From the NCBI GenBank assembly GCA_946965045.2, contig OX337229.1:1550001-1614000 (forward strand): DNA of 64,000 nt. Reading direction: 5' to 3'. Positions 33,312-42,825 of this stretch are shown here, in pieces. The first letter of the stretch is position 1. Each line of letters starts with the position of its first letter. A program made the translations under genes and the position numbers. Origin of the DNA: Epithemia pelagica (Eukaryota; Protista; Bacillariophyta). The notes beneath the pieces are model-generated. The model saw only the letters and a list, made by a program, of their open reading frames with translations, made no database searches and was not told the origin of the DNA.

Positions 33312-34368
33312 CAGCACGCCTGTTGATTGTTGTTCTCGTTTCCTTTCCGAATCGTTTGGTTGATTGTTGTCTTTGACCGATCTCTTGCGTTGTTTGTGTT
33401 TGTTGGGTTCGCTCTTACTTCCGAAGGTAAAATTCGTTCGGAGGGATTGATTCTCATATCCCGTCCTCTCCGTCTCGTCATATTCGATCGATTCATCCAT
33501 TTGGTTGGTTGTTGGGTCGGTTGGTTGTCGTCTTATCGTTGTCGAAAAATCTTCATTGTCGGCATCGAATTTTGTTTTTCGTCGTTTCTTGTCTGTGTCG
33601 GAAAACAGAGTTGGGGGAACTATCCGAGGTAACCAATCCCACGGGCAACCCAACTCCCAGTCCCCGCGAGACTGTCGTATCCCCATCCCGTACTTTACGT
33701 ACAAGTAAGCCGCAAGGCCGAAAAGAGGGCGATCCTTGCCAGACCGGCTGGATACCGTCAGGGGGCGAAGTTAAGGTACTCAACAGGTACTACTTCGCGT
33801 GCTCCGGCACACGTGTTCGTTACTAACAACGCATCTGTTGCTGTCGCCCGCCAAGCGATCAGGCTCTCTATCTTTGCGCTGTGGACAGATTGCTTAACCG
33901 CCAGACGTTACCTTCCTGGTGCACGATTGTTCTTGGTCTTTCCCGCCTTTTGATCGCTTCTTTTTCCTTCCTACACGTGGAGTTTGGGCTAGGGATTGGC
34001 AATCCCGGTGTGTGGAGTCAAGAACAGACACCGTCAGATCTTGCTAGTTCTTCGTTACCCTCGGGTAGCAACCTAGCCTAAAGACTGCAGTGGAAGCGCG
34101 TCACATTCTAATTAGCTTCGCTCAGCGAGCCCCGTGACATTGCTCCCGGTTCTGAATAGCACCTCTGCTTGGAGTTTTATTTTCAATCGGTTTGATTTCA
34201 AGTGTTTTATTTGGTTTTATTTTCAAGTTTTTCAAGTTTTTGGAGACGGATACAAGTAGGCTACTACCTGGTGAATTTGATTCAGAGGGCTCTTCAGTAG
34301 TAACTTCATCCTATCTCCGCTCAAGATATTCAAGTTTTTCACCTAGTTCTACCTAGTTTACTGATATC

Positions 34369-37300
34369 ATGACGGAATCGACTGAGAATGCAGTAGATCT
34401 TTCCCAGGATCCAGTTTTTCAGCACATCTTTACTACGATCTTGAATCAACCCCCAGATCGCCTTACTGATTTCCAAGACTGGTTTACTCATCACAAGTTT
34501 TTAAACTTCTCTGAGTTTCTTGAGTTGTATGTCTTCGAACCTGAAACCCTTGCGGATGACCTTGAATTTAAAACTAAGCGACAGCCTAAGACCCAGAAAT
34601 TACATCCTACCTTCGCTAAGCAAATTCGTGCTTTCCTTCTTTGGGCTAATCATCTTCACTCTCTCGCCCAGCGTTTCTTTGGTGCTGATGACTGGTTAGC
34701 ACTTACTCGCGAGGATTATGGTCGGTTTCGCATCGGGACTTATTTCCCTACTTCTTCTCAGTCTCGGGCCTTAAACGTGCCGTCTACTCCAGGTACTCCA
34801 TCTCTTGGCACTCCGGGGGGGAAGTCTACTATGTCTAACTCGTCTCAGTCCCAGCAAGATTTGACTACCTTTCGTAAAGGCATTAAACGCGACTCAACGG
34901 CATATGAAGTACTCAAGGAAGAGAAAAACTATGACCCCTTTATGCGTAGTTTTCGTGCTACTGCACTTGCTCAAGGATTAGGCAATGTTTTGGATCCTTC
35001 TTTTGTTGTGGATTCCACAGATCCTGCTGCCTCTGCTCTTTACCGAGAACAACAGATCTTTCTATATTCAGTTTTAGTTCGTTGTTTACAAACTGATAAA
35101 GGTCGTGCTATCATTCGTGCCCATACTACGGACATGGATGCTACAGCCGTCCTAGATGAGTTACGCACTCATCATACGGACTCCGAGTTGTCACGCAAGG
35201 AAATCATGCGTCTCACTGCCTATCTTACAAACATTCGTCTTGATTCAGCATGGAGAGGCACTACATCCCAGTTCTTGCTTCATTTCAATGAACAACTACG
35301 TCTTTTAGATAGTCTATGTGATTCTAGCCAAAAGCTACCTGATTTTTCACGTACTACTTTTCTCATGCAAGCTGTGGATGGTAATGAAGATCTTCGACGT
35401 GTCAAGATTTTCGATGATTTTCTTAAATCCCAATCTGGGACTCATGCAAAGATGTCCTATGATGACTACTATCGTGTGTTGACTAATGCTGCTTTTCAAT
35501 TTGATCAGCACTTAGCTAGCAAGAATGGATCTAAACGACGAGCTTATGCTTCCCAACAGTGTGATCACGATATTTTTGACTCTGATCATTCTAGTTCTCA
35601 TGATGATTTCATTCAAGAGGATCTTGTATCTATTTTTCAAGCTAATCGGACTCGTAATCGCATTGATACTCGTACTCAGCGTATTTTTCTCCCTAAGGAT
35701 ATTTGGGATGCTACTTCAGATGAAGTTAAAGAGATGCTAAAAGCACACAATAAACGTATCTTGGCTAACTCACCTAATTCTAAACCTCGTCAAACGAACC
35801 TACATGAGGTTAGTGAATCATCTGCTGATGAAAATCCAACAGCTACTGATAATACTGAAGAAGCTTGTCAAGAAGCTGCTGTTGCTACTGAGTCTGATCC
35901 TAGTCCTGATCAGCTTCTCACAATGTTACATGAGCAAACTGATTATCCTGAATCTGATATTCAGCGCGTCCTTTCTGCCAACAAGGCTAAATCTAAGGGT
36001 GTTAGTTTCTCTATCAATGCTACCTATCGCTTCTCCAAGGCTAACCTTAATCCTACCTTTCAGTTGATTGATAGAGGGGCCAATGGTGGTTTAGCTGGGA
36101 GTGATTTGAAGATTATCCACAAAACTGGTCGAAAGATTAACATTATTGGCATTGATAATCACGAGGTAACTGGTTTGGACATTGTTACCGCTGCAGGTCT
36201 TTATTCTACACAGCTAGGTACAATCGTTGGTATTTTCCATGAGTATGCTTACCTTGGCAAAGGTCGTTCGATTCACTCTCCGCCACAAATGGAATATTTC
36301 AAGACTCTTGTTGATGACAAGTCAGTTCTTGTCGGTGGTCGACAGCGTATTGAGACTCTAGACGGTTATGCCTTACCTTTGATCTTTAAGGGTGGACTTG
36401 TCTATTTGGATAGTCTAGGCATTCCTACTGATAATGACCTAGCTACCTATCCTCATGTCGTCTTTACGTCACCCGATGAATGGAATCCTGACGTCATGGA
36501 TCATTCTCATTCGTCCAATCCTGATACACATTCTGATTGGATGGATCTTGTCAACCCAGACCCTATTGATCGTGATTTTTCTGCGACTGGAGACTATGTT
36601 CATCGCGTCAACCTAGTTTCCCAGATTCTTACCCTTCATCAACAGACAAACCTAGCTGGTGCCGTCGACTTTCAACACAGTCGTTATCATCAACAATCTC
36701 TGAAATCTGAAGATTTTGAAGCCCTACGTCCTTATTTTGCTTGGGCATCGGCTGATAGCATAGCTAATACCTTTAAGGTTTCTACACGCTATGTGGGATT
36801 TTCCCCTCATGATTATCTCAAGAAGCACTTTCGCACTCGTAACCCTGTGCTCAATATCGGTCGTCGTCGTGAAGGGGTTGCCACTGATACAGTCTTTGCT
36901 GATACACCTGCTATTGATAATGGTTCTAAGGCTGCTCAGATTTTTGTTGGAAGAGATACCCTTGTTTGCGATGTGTATGGAGTCAAATCTGATGCTCAAT
37001 TCGTCAATACCCTTGAGGATAATATCCGACTACGGGGAGCTATGGACGTTTTAATCAGTGATCGTGCTCAGGCTTTAGTTTCTAAGAAAGTACAAGACAT
37101 CCTACGGTCTTTGTTTATTTCTCAGTACACATCTGAACCTCATCATCAGCATCAGAATTTTGCTGAAAATCGGTACTCTACTCTTAAGCGCTGGACTAAT
37201 CTTATTCTCAATACCTCTGGTTGTCCACCTAGCTGCTGGTTACTTGCTCTAGACTATGCGTCGACCGTGCTTAACCACCTTGCTTCGCCGGCGCTTAACG

Positions 37301-39996
37301 GTCGCACCCCCATTGAGCGCCTGACGGGCTCCACTCCTGATGTTAGTTTCTTACTTGCTCATTATTTCTGGGAACCAATTTATTTTTCTTATGATCCTGA
37401 TCGATCTTCTTACCCTTCTACTGGTAATGAATCTAAAGGTCGTTGGGTAGGTTTTGGTACTGGAGTTGGGGATCCATTAACATGGAAGATCCTTACTGAT
37501 GAAACCTCTACGATTTTGTTTCGATCTACTATTCGTAGTGCTACCTCTTCTTTACCTAACCGACGTCTAGATCCAGAAAAAGGGGAGATAGTTCATGTCA
37601 GAGGTCGTCATGAAGATAGTTCTTCTGGATCTACACCTCCTATGCCTACTATAGATCCACATGATCTACTTGGCCGTAAATTTCTTGGCCCTAAACTGGA
37701 AACTGGGGAGCGTTTCCGTGGGTTAGTTGTTGCTATGGTCCAAGATCAAGCTTATCGTGACCGAAAACGTTTTGAAGACCTAAGTTTTGAAGTGGAATAT
37801 GATGAAGGTCGCCTTCGTGAGATTGTCACTTACAACGAACTTCTCAATCATCTAGATCATGATCCTGACGACGTTGTTTTCTCTGAGCAAGAGTATCGCA
37901 TGCGGCAAATCACTGCTCATCAAGGTCCTCTCAAACCTACTGATGCTCATTACAAGGGATCTAGCTACAACGTTCTTGTCGAATGGGAAAATGGGGAGAC
38001 TAGCTATGAGCCTCTTTCTTTTATAGCTAGTGATGATCCTTTGCTATGCGCTATCTATGCCAAGAATAATGGACTACTCGACTTAGATGGCTGGAAGCAC
38101 CTAGCTAAATACGTCAAGACTGAAAAACGACTCATCAAGACACTCCGTCGACATTTGCAGCAAGCCAAGAAAAAGATGATCCGGCGTAACTCTCGCGCGC
38201 AAATCAAGTACCGTTTTGGCGTGCAAGTCCCACGGGATTATGATGAAGCTATCCTGCTAGATGTTCAGAACAAGAATAACTTATGGTCAAAAGCAACTGA
38301 ACTCGAGCTAGATCAAGTCATTCATCAATATAAGACATTCCTAGTTCGGGATAAGGCTATTTTTCAAAATGGGAAGCTTATGAATGCTCCTGAAGGATAC
38401 CAACGGTTGAGAGTTCACCTAGTTTTCGATGTCAAACATGATGGACGTCGAAAAGCTAGACTTGTAGCTGATGGGCATTTGACTATACGAGACCCGTCTA
38501 TGTCAAGCTACTCAGGAGTGGTATCAATACGTGGCCTACGTCTAGTTATCTTCCTCAGTGAACTGAACAAGCTGGAGATCTGGGCAGCTGACATTGGAAA
38601 TGCTTACCTAGAAGCACAAACAAAGGAGAAGCTATTCATCATAGCTGGTCCTGAATTTGGAGATTTGGAAGGAAAAATCTTGATTTTTGATAAGGCACTT
38701 TACGGGCTTGTGACCAGTGGAGCACGATGGCATGATAAACTCTACGACGTTTTACAAGAAATGGGATTTAAACCATGCAAGATTGAACCTGACATCTGGT
38801 TTAAGCTAAACGAAGAGCACGGTGTCTACGAGTACATAGCAGTTTACGTAGACGACCTAGCAATTGCTGCAAAGAACCCGAAAGAAATTTGTGATACTTT
38901 CACTGAAAAATTTAAATTCAAACTCAAAGGTGTGGGCCCAATAGCATATCACCTAGGGTGTACATACAAGAGAGAACCAGATGGAACATTGGTTGGGGAC
39001 CCCAGACGATACGTTGAGAAGATACTCGAAGGATACGAAATCTTATTCGGGAACAAACCGAAAAAGTACAAGACTCCATTAGACCGGCAAGATCATCCTG
39101 AACTAGATGATAGCGAGCTATGTGAAGAAAAGGACATTGCCATCTATCAATCCATTATAGGGCAACTGCAATGGGTGGTGACTATAGGTCGTTTTGACAT
39201 CTTCACTTCCGTCATGACTTTGGCTAGATTCCGTGCCGCTCCACGAATTGGCCATTTGGAACGTGCAAAACGAGTTGTTGGATACCTAGCAGGCATGTAT
39301 CATGGAGCAATCCGTTTTAGACTACATGAACCAGACTACTCCAATCTGCCAGACCAAAACTATGACTGGTTCCGCGTTTACGATGGAGCACGAGAGGAAG
39401 TTCCAAAAGATGCACCGGAACCTAAGGGTCTACCCGTTGTTACAACTACCTATGTCGATGCTAACCTAAAGCACGACATGATTACGGGGAGATCAGCATC
39501 TGGGATTCTACACCTAGTCAATGGAACTCCCATGGACTGGTACTCCAAGCGACAGGCAACGGTTGAGACTGCAACCTTTGGCTCTGAATTTGTCTCTGCA
39601 CGGATTGCATGTGATCAAATCATGGAACTACGCATTTTTCTTCGTTACCTAGGAGTACCACTACGAGATTCTAGCTACCTATTCGGAGATAATAAGTCAG
39701 TGGTAACCAATAGTACGGTACCACATTCAATCCTTAGCAAACGCCATCATTTTCTGAGCTACAACCGTGTACGTGAGTGTATGGCATCGAAGGCTATCAA
39801 GTTTTACTGGAAGGATGGCAAGACCAACCCCGCTGACGTGTTGACTAAAAATTGGGATTTTGTCACGGGATGGCCACTCCTTAAACCTCTGCTATTCTGG
39901 CGAGGTGATGTTAGTGCTTTGAACGATAAAATCAATGAACCAAAACAAGACAGACAGACGAAAGGGGAGTCGCACAAGGTAGATGACCGTGACTGA
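34369..39996 (+). CDS. Copia gag-pol polyprotein
   Basis: Protease LIDRGANGG; integrase DTVFAD/ISDRA/AENRY; RT KARLVADG, DIGNAYL, YVDD; RNase H DANL, GSEF, GDN, ADVLTK. The stop codon lies inside the 3' LTR. Confidence 0.97.
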   Translation: MTESTENAVDLSQDPVFQHIFTTILNQPPDRLTDFQDWFTHHKFLNFSEFLELYVFEPETLADDLEFKTKRQPKTQKLHPTFAKQIRAFLLWANHLHSLAQRFFGADDWLALTREDYGRFRIGTYFPTSSQSRALNVPSTPGTPSLGTPGGKSTMSNSSQSQQDLTTFRKGIKRDSTAYEVLKEEKNYDPFMRSFRATALAQGLGNVLDPSFVVDSTDPAASALYREQQIFLYSVLVRCLQTDKGRAIIRAHTTDMDATAVLDELRTHHTDSELSRKEIMRLTAYLTNIRLDSAWRGTTSQFLLHFNEQLRLLDSLCDSSQKLPDFSRTTFLMQAVDGNEDLRRVKIFDDFLKSQSGTHAKMSYDDYYRVLTNAAFQFDQHLASKNGSKRRAYASQQCDHDIFDSDHSSSHDDFIQEDLVSIFQANRTRNRIDTRTQRIFLPKDIWDATSDEVKEMLKAHNKRILANSPNSKPRQTNLHEVSESSADENPTATDNTEEACQEAAVATESDPSPDQLLTMLHEQTDYPESDIQRVLSANKAKSKGVSFSINATYRFSKANLNPTFQLIDRGANGGLAGSDLKIIHKTGRKINIIGIDNHEVTGLDIVTAAGLYSTQLGTIVGIFHEYAYLGKGRSIHSPPQMEYFKTLVDDKSVLVGGRQRIETLDGYALPLIFKGGLVYLDSLGIPTDNDLATYPHVVFTSPDEWNPDVMDHSHSSNPDTHSDWMDLVNPDPIDRDFSATGDYVHRVNLVSQILTLHQQTNLAGAVDFQHSRYHQQSLKSEDFEALRPYFAWASADSIANTFKVSTRYVGFSPHDYLKKHFRTRNPVLNIGRRREGVATDTVFADTPAIDNGSKAAQIFVGRDTLVCDVYGVKSDAQFVNTLEDNIRLRGAMDVLISDRAQALVSKKVQDILRSLFISQYTSEPHHQHQNFAENRYSTLKRWTNLILNTSGCPPSCWLLALDYASTVLNHLASPALNGRTPIERLTGSTPDVSFLLAHYFWEPIYFSYDPDRSSYPSTGNESKGRWVGFGTGVGDPLTWKILTDETSTILFRSTIRSATSSLPNRRLDPEKGEIVHVRGRHEDSSSGSTPPMPTIDPHDLLGRKFLGPKLETGERFRGLVVAMVQDQAYRDRKRFEDLSFEVEYDEGRLREIVTYNELLNHLDHDPDDVVFSEQEYRMRQITAHQGPLKPTDAHYKGSSYNVLVEWENGETSYEPLSFIASDDPLLCAIYAKNNGLLDLDGWKHLAKYVKTEKRLIKTLRRHLQQAKKKMIRRNSRAQIKYRFGVQVPRDYDEAILLDVQNKNNLWSKATELELDQVIHQYKTFLVRDKAIFQNGKLMNAPEGYQRLRVHLVFDVKHDGRRKARLVADGHLTIRDPSMSSYSGVVSIRGLRLVIFLSELNKLEIWAADIGNAYLEAQTKEKLFIIAGPEFGDLEGKILIFDKALYGLVTSGARWHDKLYDVLQEMGFKPCKIEPDIWFKLNEEHGVYEYIAVYVDDLAIAAKNPKEICDTFTEKFKFKLKGVGPIAYHLGCTYKREPDGTLVGDPRRYVEKILEGYEILFGNKPKKYKTPLDRQDHPELDDSELCEEKDIAIYQSIIGQLQWVVTIGRFDIFTSVMTLARFRAAPRIGHLERAKRVVGYLAGMYHGAIRFRLHEPDYSNLPDQNYDWFRVYDGAREEVPKDAPEPKGLPVVTTTYVDANLKHDMITGRSASGILHLVNGTPMDWYSKRQATVETATFGSEFVSARIACDQIMELRIFLRYLGVPLRDSSYLFGDNKSVVTNSTVPHSILSKRHHFLSYNRVRECMASKAIKFYWKDGKTNPADVLTKNWDFVTGWPLLKPLLFWRGDVSALNDKINEPKQDRQTKGESHKVDDRD
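39960..39969 (+). other. Polypurine tract of element 1
   Basis: GAAAGGGGAG abutting the 3' LTR start at 39970. Confidence 0.88.
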
Positions 39997-40492
39997 TCGT
40001 ACGATGAGTCACGATCAATACCTAGTGGTTTCATCTGGCTGTGACGTCATAATATACAAACACCTAGCACATGTAGATCGTAGTTTAGACAATGGGGAGA
40101 AAGGGAATACGATAGGAGGCGCTTTCAATGGCCTTGGACATGAGCTAGACATCATCCATGAACATGTGCGATATCTTGGGACGATTGAATGCGATCTAGA
40201 TGTCAGATGCACACGAACCAGCAATGCTGCGTGTAGATTTCTACGTACCTAGTACAAATGGATGGAAAAGGGGGAACAACAACAACGAGCACTAACATAG
40301 ACGATAACACTCACAATTCTAAAAAGCATCATCATCACATCTCTTTGTGTCCTACCTACTCTTCTAGTAGTTGTTGGCCTTTTCCTTGACCCGTGGGGGA
40401 TTGGCTACGTGGTTGGTGCCTTGAATTGTCTAACGCTTTGTTGTATCTTTGATTGTTGTGTCGTAACGACCGGAGTCCTTCATCTTTTGTCA
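39970..40492 (+). repeat. 3' LTR of element 1
   Basis: 523-bp direct repeat of 32774-33296, followed by TSD TAGGT. Confidence 0.96.
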
Positions 40493-41001
40493 TAGGTTTA
40501 GAGTAACTCCGAATCTCCGATTTCCGAGATTCGGAGGAACTACGAGTATCACACTCCCTTTATTATATATCCTTGAAACGTAATGTTAGTATCATAAAAT
40601 ATATTCATGTTGGACCGTCTGGGATTAGGGACTGCAGTGCTACATGACTGCATCGATATTCGACATCCAGGAATTGATGATGCGAAATGTTAAATAAATC
40701 TAAATTTATTTTTCTATTTTCACACTTATCTATTCAAGCAAGAGAGAGAAGGTTCTCTCATCTGCCTGGAACACCCTGGCAATTGCCGAATCATTAATAA
40801 ATCATGTTGAATAAATTTCGTTACGAGATTCGTAATTTGTAATAGCCAGTAGGCTTATTTTCTTGTACATTTTTTGTACCATTTTTTGACCCATTCCGAT
40901 TTCCGATCACAGGCGAAGGCAAAAAAGTGCCACACACTCGTGCACGATGCCACAAAAACAACTAAGTAATTGCTAGTATTCGAGGCGAGCGGAAAGAACG
41001 A

Positions 41002-41841
41002 GTGGCATTGATGGAAGCCAGAAACCTCTCAGGCAGTGAGACAAAGCCAACAAATGAGGCTGATCCAACTCAAGGGAGGCAACCAGTCCTAGATGATAAT
41101 GTGATCCTTCACTCGCTGCTGCAGAATACAGTTTTCCTCCGAGAGCAACTTCCGTACCGATCCATGAATCAGGTTCAATATTCAGTTCCGCTGGGTCCAG
41201 ATACAGGACAGGAAAGACTTTCTTCCATGCTATCATTTCCCATTGCTCATAATCACCAGCAGGTTGACCATCGATTGATTGGGACCATTCCCCATGCCCC
41301 CGTATTGGGAATGATTGGTGATACCCAGAACATTCTTGGACAATTAACAGCAGGGCAGCAGCAGCCCATTCATCCGAATCTTCATATTCTTGCTAATGCC
41401 TCTTTGCATGATAGCGTTCGCTTCCCTTTGTCATCGACAGCAGAGCAGTTCAGTGGAGGCTTGGAGGGGTCCCACCATTCGACAGTCAATAGACCAGGGA
41501 CGTTGCCATCAGAGAAACAACGTGACGAAGGGAAGTTACAAGTTGTGTCTCTCTCGAAGAAAGAGCGAAAGGCTGGCTTTCCCATGCCTCCAGTAGCAGG
41601 TCCAGGTAGAACTCCCACGGTAGGCCCCATGGAGAAGTATCGAAGGATCTGGCACCGGCTCAGTCAAACAGCATCGAAAAGTTCTATCTGCGCCTCCAGC
41701 TTTGTTCCCAAGTATTTTGCCAGCAGTATTGGCCTTGACAAGAATTCCGGGCACCTCTACCGCAAGATTCACCACTTACCATCATATGACGAAATTGAAA
41801 GATCTCACAAACGTGCTCGTACCTCAAAGAACCCTGGCTAG
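41002..41841 (+). CDS. Hypothetical protein
   Basis: 279-aa ORF; Q/H-rich, with a more structured C-terminus (RKAGFPMP..YRRIWHRL); no recognised family. Confidence 0.55.
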   Translation: MALMEARNLSGSETKPTNEADPTQGRQPVLDDNVILHSLLQNTVFLREQLPYRSMNQVQYSVPLGPDTGQERLSSMLSFPIAHNHQQVDHRLIGTIPHAPVLGMIGDTQNILGQLTAGQQQPIHPNLHILANASLHDSVRFPLSSTAEQFSGGLEGSHHSTVNRPGTLPSEKQRDEGKLQVVSLSKKERKAGFPMPPVAGPGRTPTVGPMEKYRRIWHRLSQTASKSSICASSFVPKYFASSIGLDKNSGHLYRKIHHLPSYDEIERSHKRARTSKNPG

Positions 41842-42825
41842 AGCGGCGTTTGGTTATAGTTTGGTGCTCATGAACGAAATCGTGTCGACGGGCTATTCTT
41901 AGTCTGCCCATGGAACCCTTCTCATGGGGAAACAAATCTTCAGCAATACTGAAAATCATGCCGCATGCTGCCCAGAGGTTCTCTCTTCTTGACTCCATCG
42001 ATTTAGTTCGTCGTGCAAATCAAATCCTCTCTCGGTAAATGCGAAAAAAAATGGAAGAATGAACTTCTCTGGGGATATGACATATGCTACCAACAACTCA
42101 ATGTCTCTGGACAATCGTAGAGAAAGTAATCTACTCCTAACTACTCCTACCTACGGTGGTCACTTCGGATTAGCTCTACTCGAAGACAGTCTTCGAATGG
42201 TAGCTCTTCATTCTTCACCCCCCCCCTTTATCGTGCCCCCTCGTTTTCAGAAGAGGCACAATGACACATCCCCCAAGAGCAGGCCATGCTTAGCGCGCCA
42301 GTCTGCCGACGAAAATGTAGGTTTGGGTCCCGTGAAAATTCCGTTGTCCATTGCCCCTTGCACCTTTCCCCTTTTCTCATTCGTTCATTCATCTCTATAG
42401 GATGGAAATGTACATTCTCTCTATCGCATTATCTTTTGACTGCCACTCTATGCCTGTCTTGTGCGGTTGGAAGGATTAGGTAGTTCCGTCGTCATTCCCA
42501 TCACGAATATAGAGCTGCGTACATCATCCTCCTTGGGAGAGGAAGCTTGCATTTGGAGTGGACAGACAGGTCCAGAAGAATTACCAAAGAGCAGTGGACT
42601 GGATTGAAGAAAATCACTATAGTATTTGTGTGAGTATGGATTGACTGAACGGTCACATTCGAGGTGGAAAGATCCCAATGCTCTGGTTCTTCCACATGGT
42701 TGAAGACATGGCGTTTCCATGGATGAATCATTGGCAATTGATCGGACATGCGTTGTTTTCTCATCTTCCAACTGATATATCGCTCTTTTCTCTTCCAGCT
42801 GTTTGCGTTTCAGAAAAAAACTCTC

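Larger units (their letters stand above)
32774..40492 (+). mobile_element. Full-length, intact Ty1/Copia LTR retrotransposon (diatom CoDi type), element 1
   Basis: Two 523-bp LTRs; 5-bp TSD TAGGT (32769-32773 and 40493-40497); PBS; PPT; single 1875-aa gag-pol ORF in PR-IN-RT-RH order. Confidence 0.97.

Noticed and set aside
33294-33704. 136-aa antisense ORF in the leader of element 1
   Set aside because: Its composition is explained by the T/G-rich plus strand; there is no counterpart in element 2 and no motif.
34369-39996. Switch from T-rich to A-rich sequence near 38.1 kb as evidence of a chimeric element
   Set aside because: Element 2 shows a similar shift at the same domain boundary, so it looks like a lineage trait rather than a recent recombination.
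40508-40535. 10-bp-stem hairpin and AT-rich tract right of element 1 as a Helitron or other element end
   Set aside because: No CTRR end, partner terminus or TSD could be identified.
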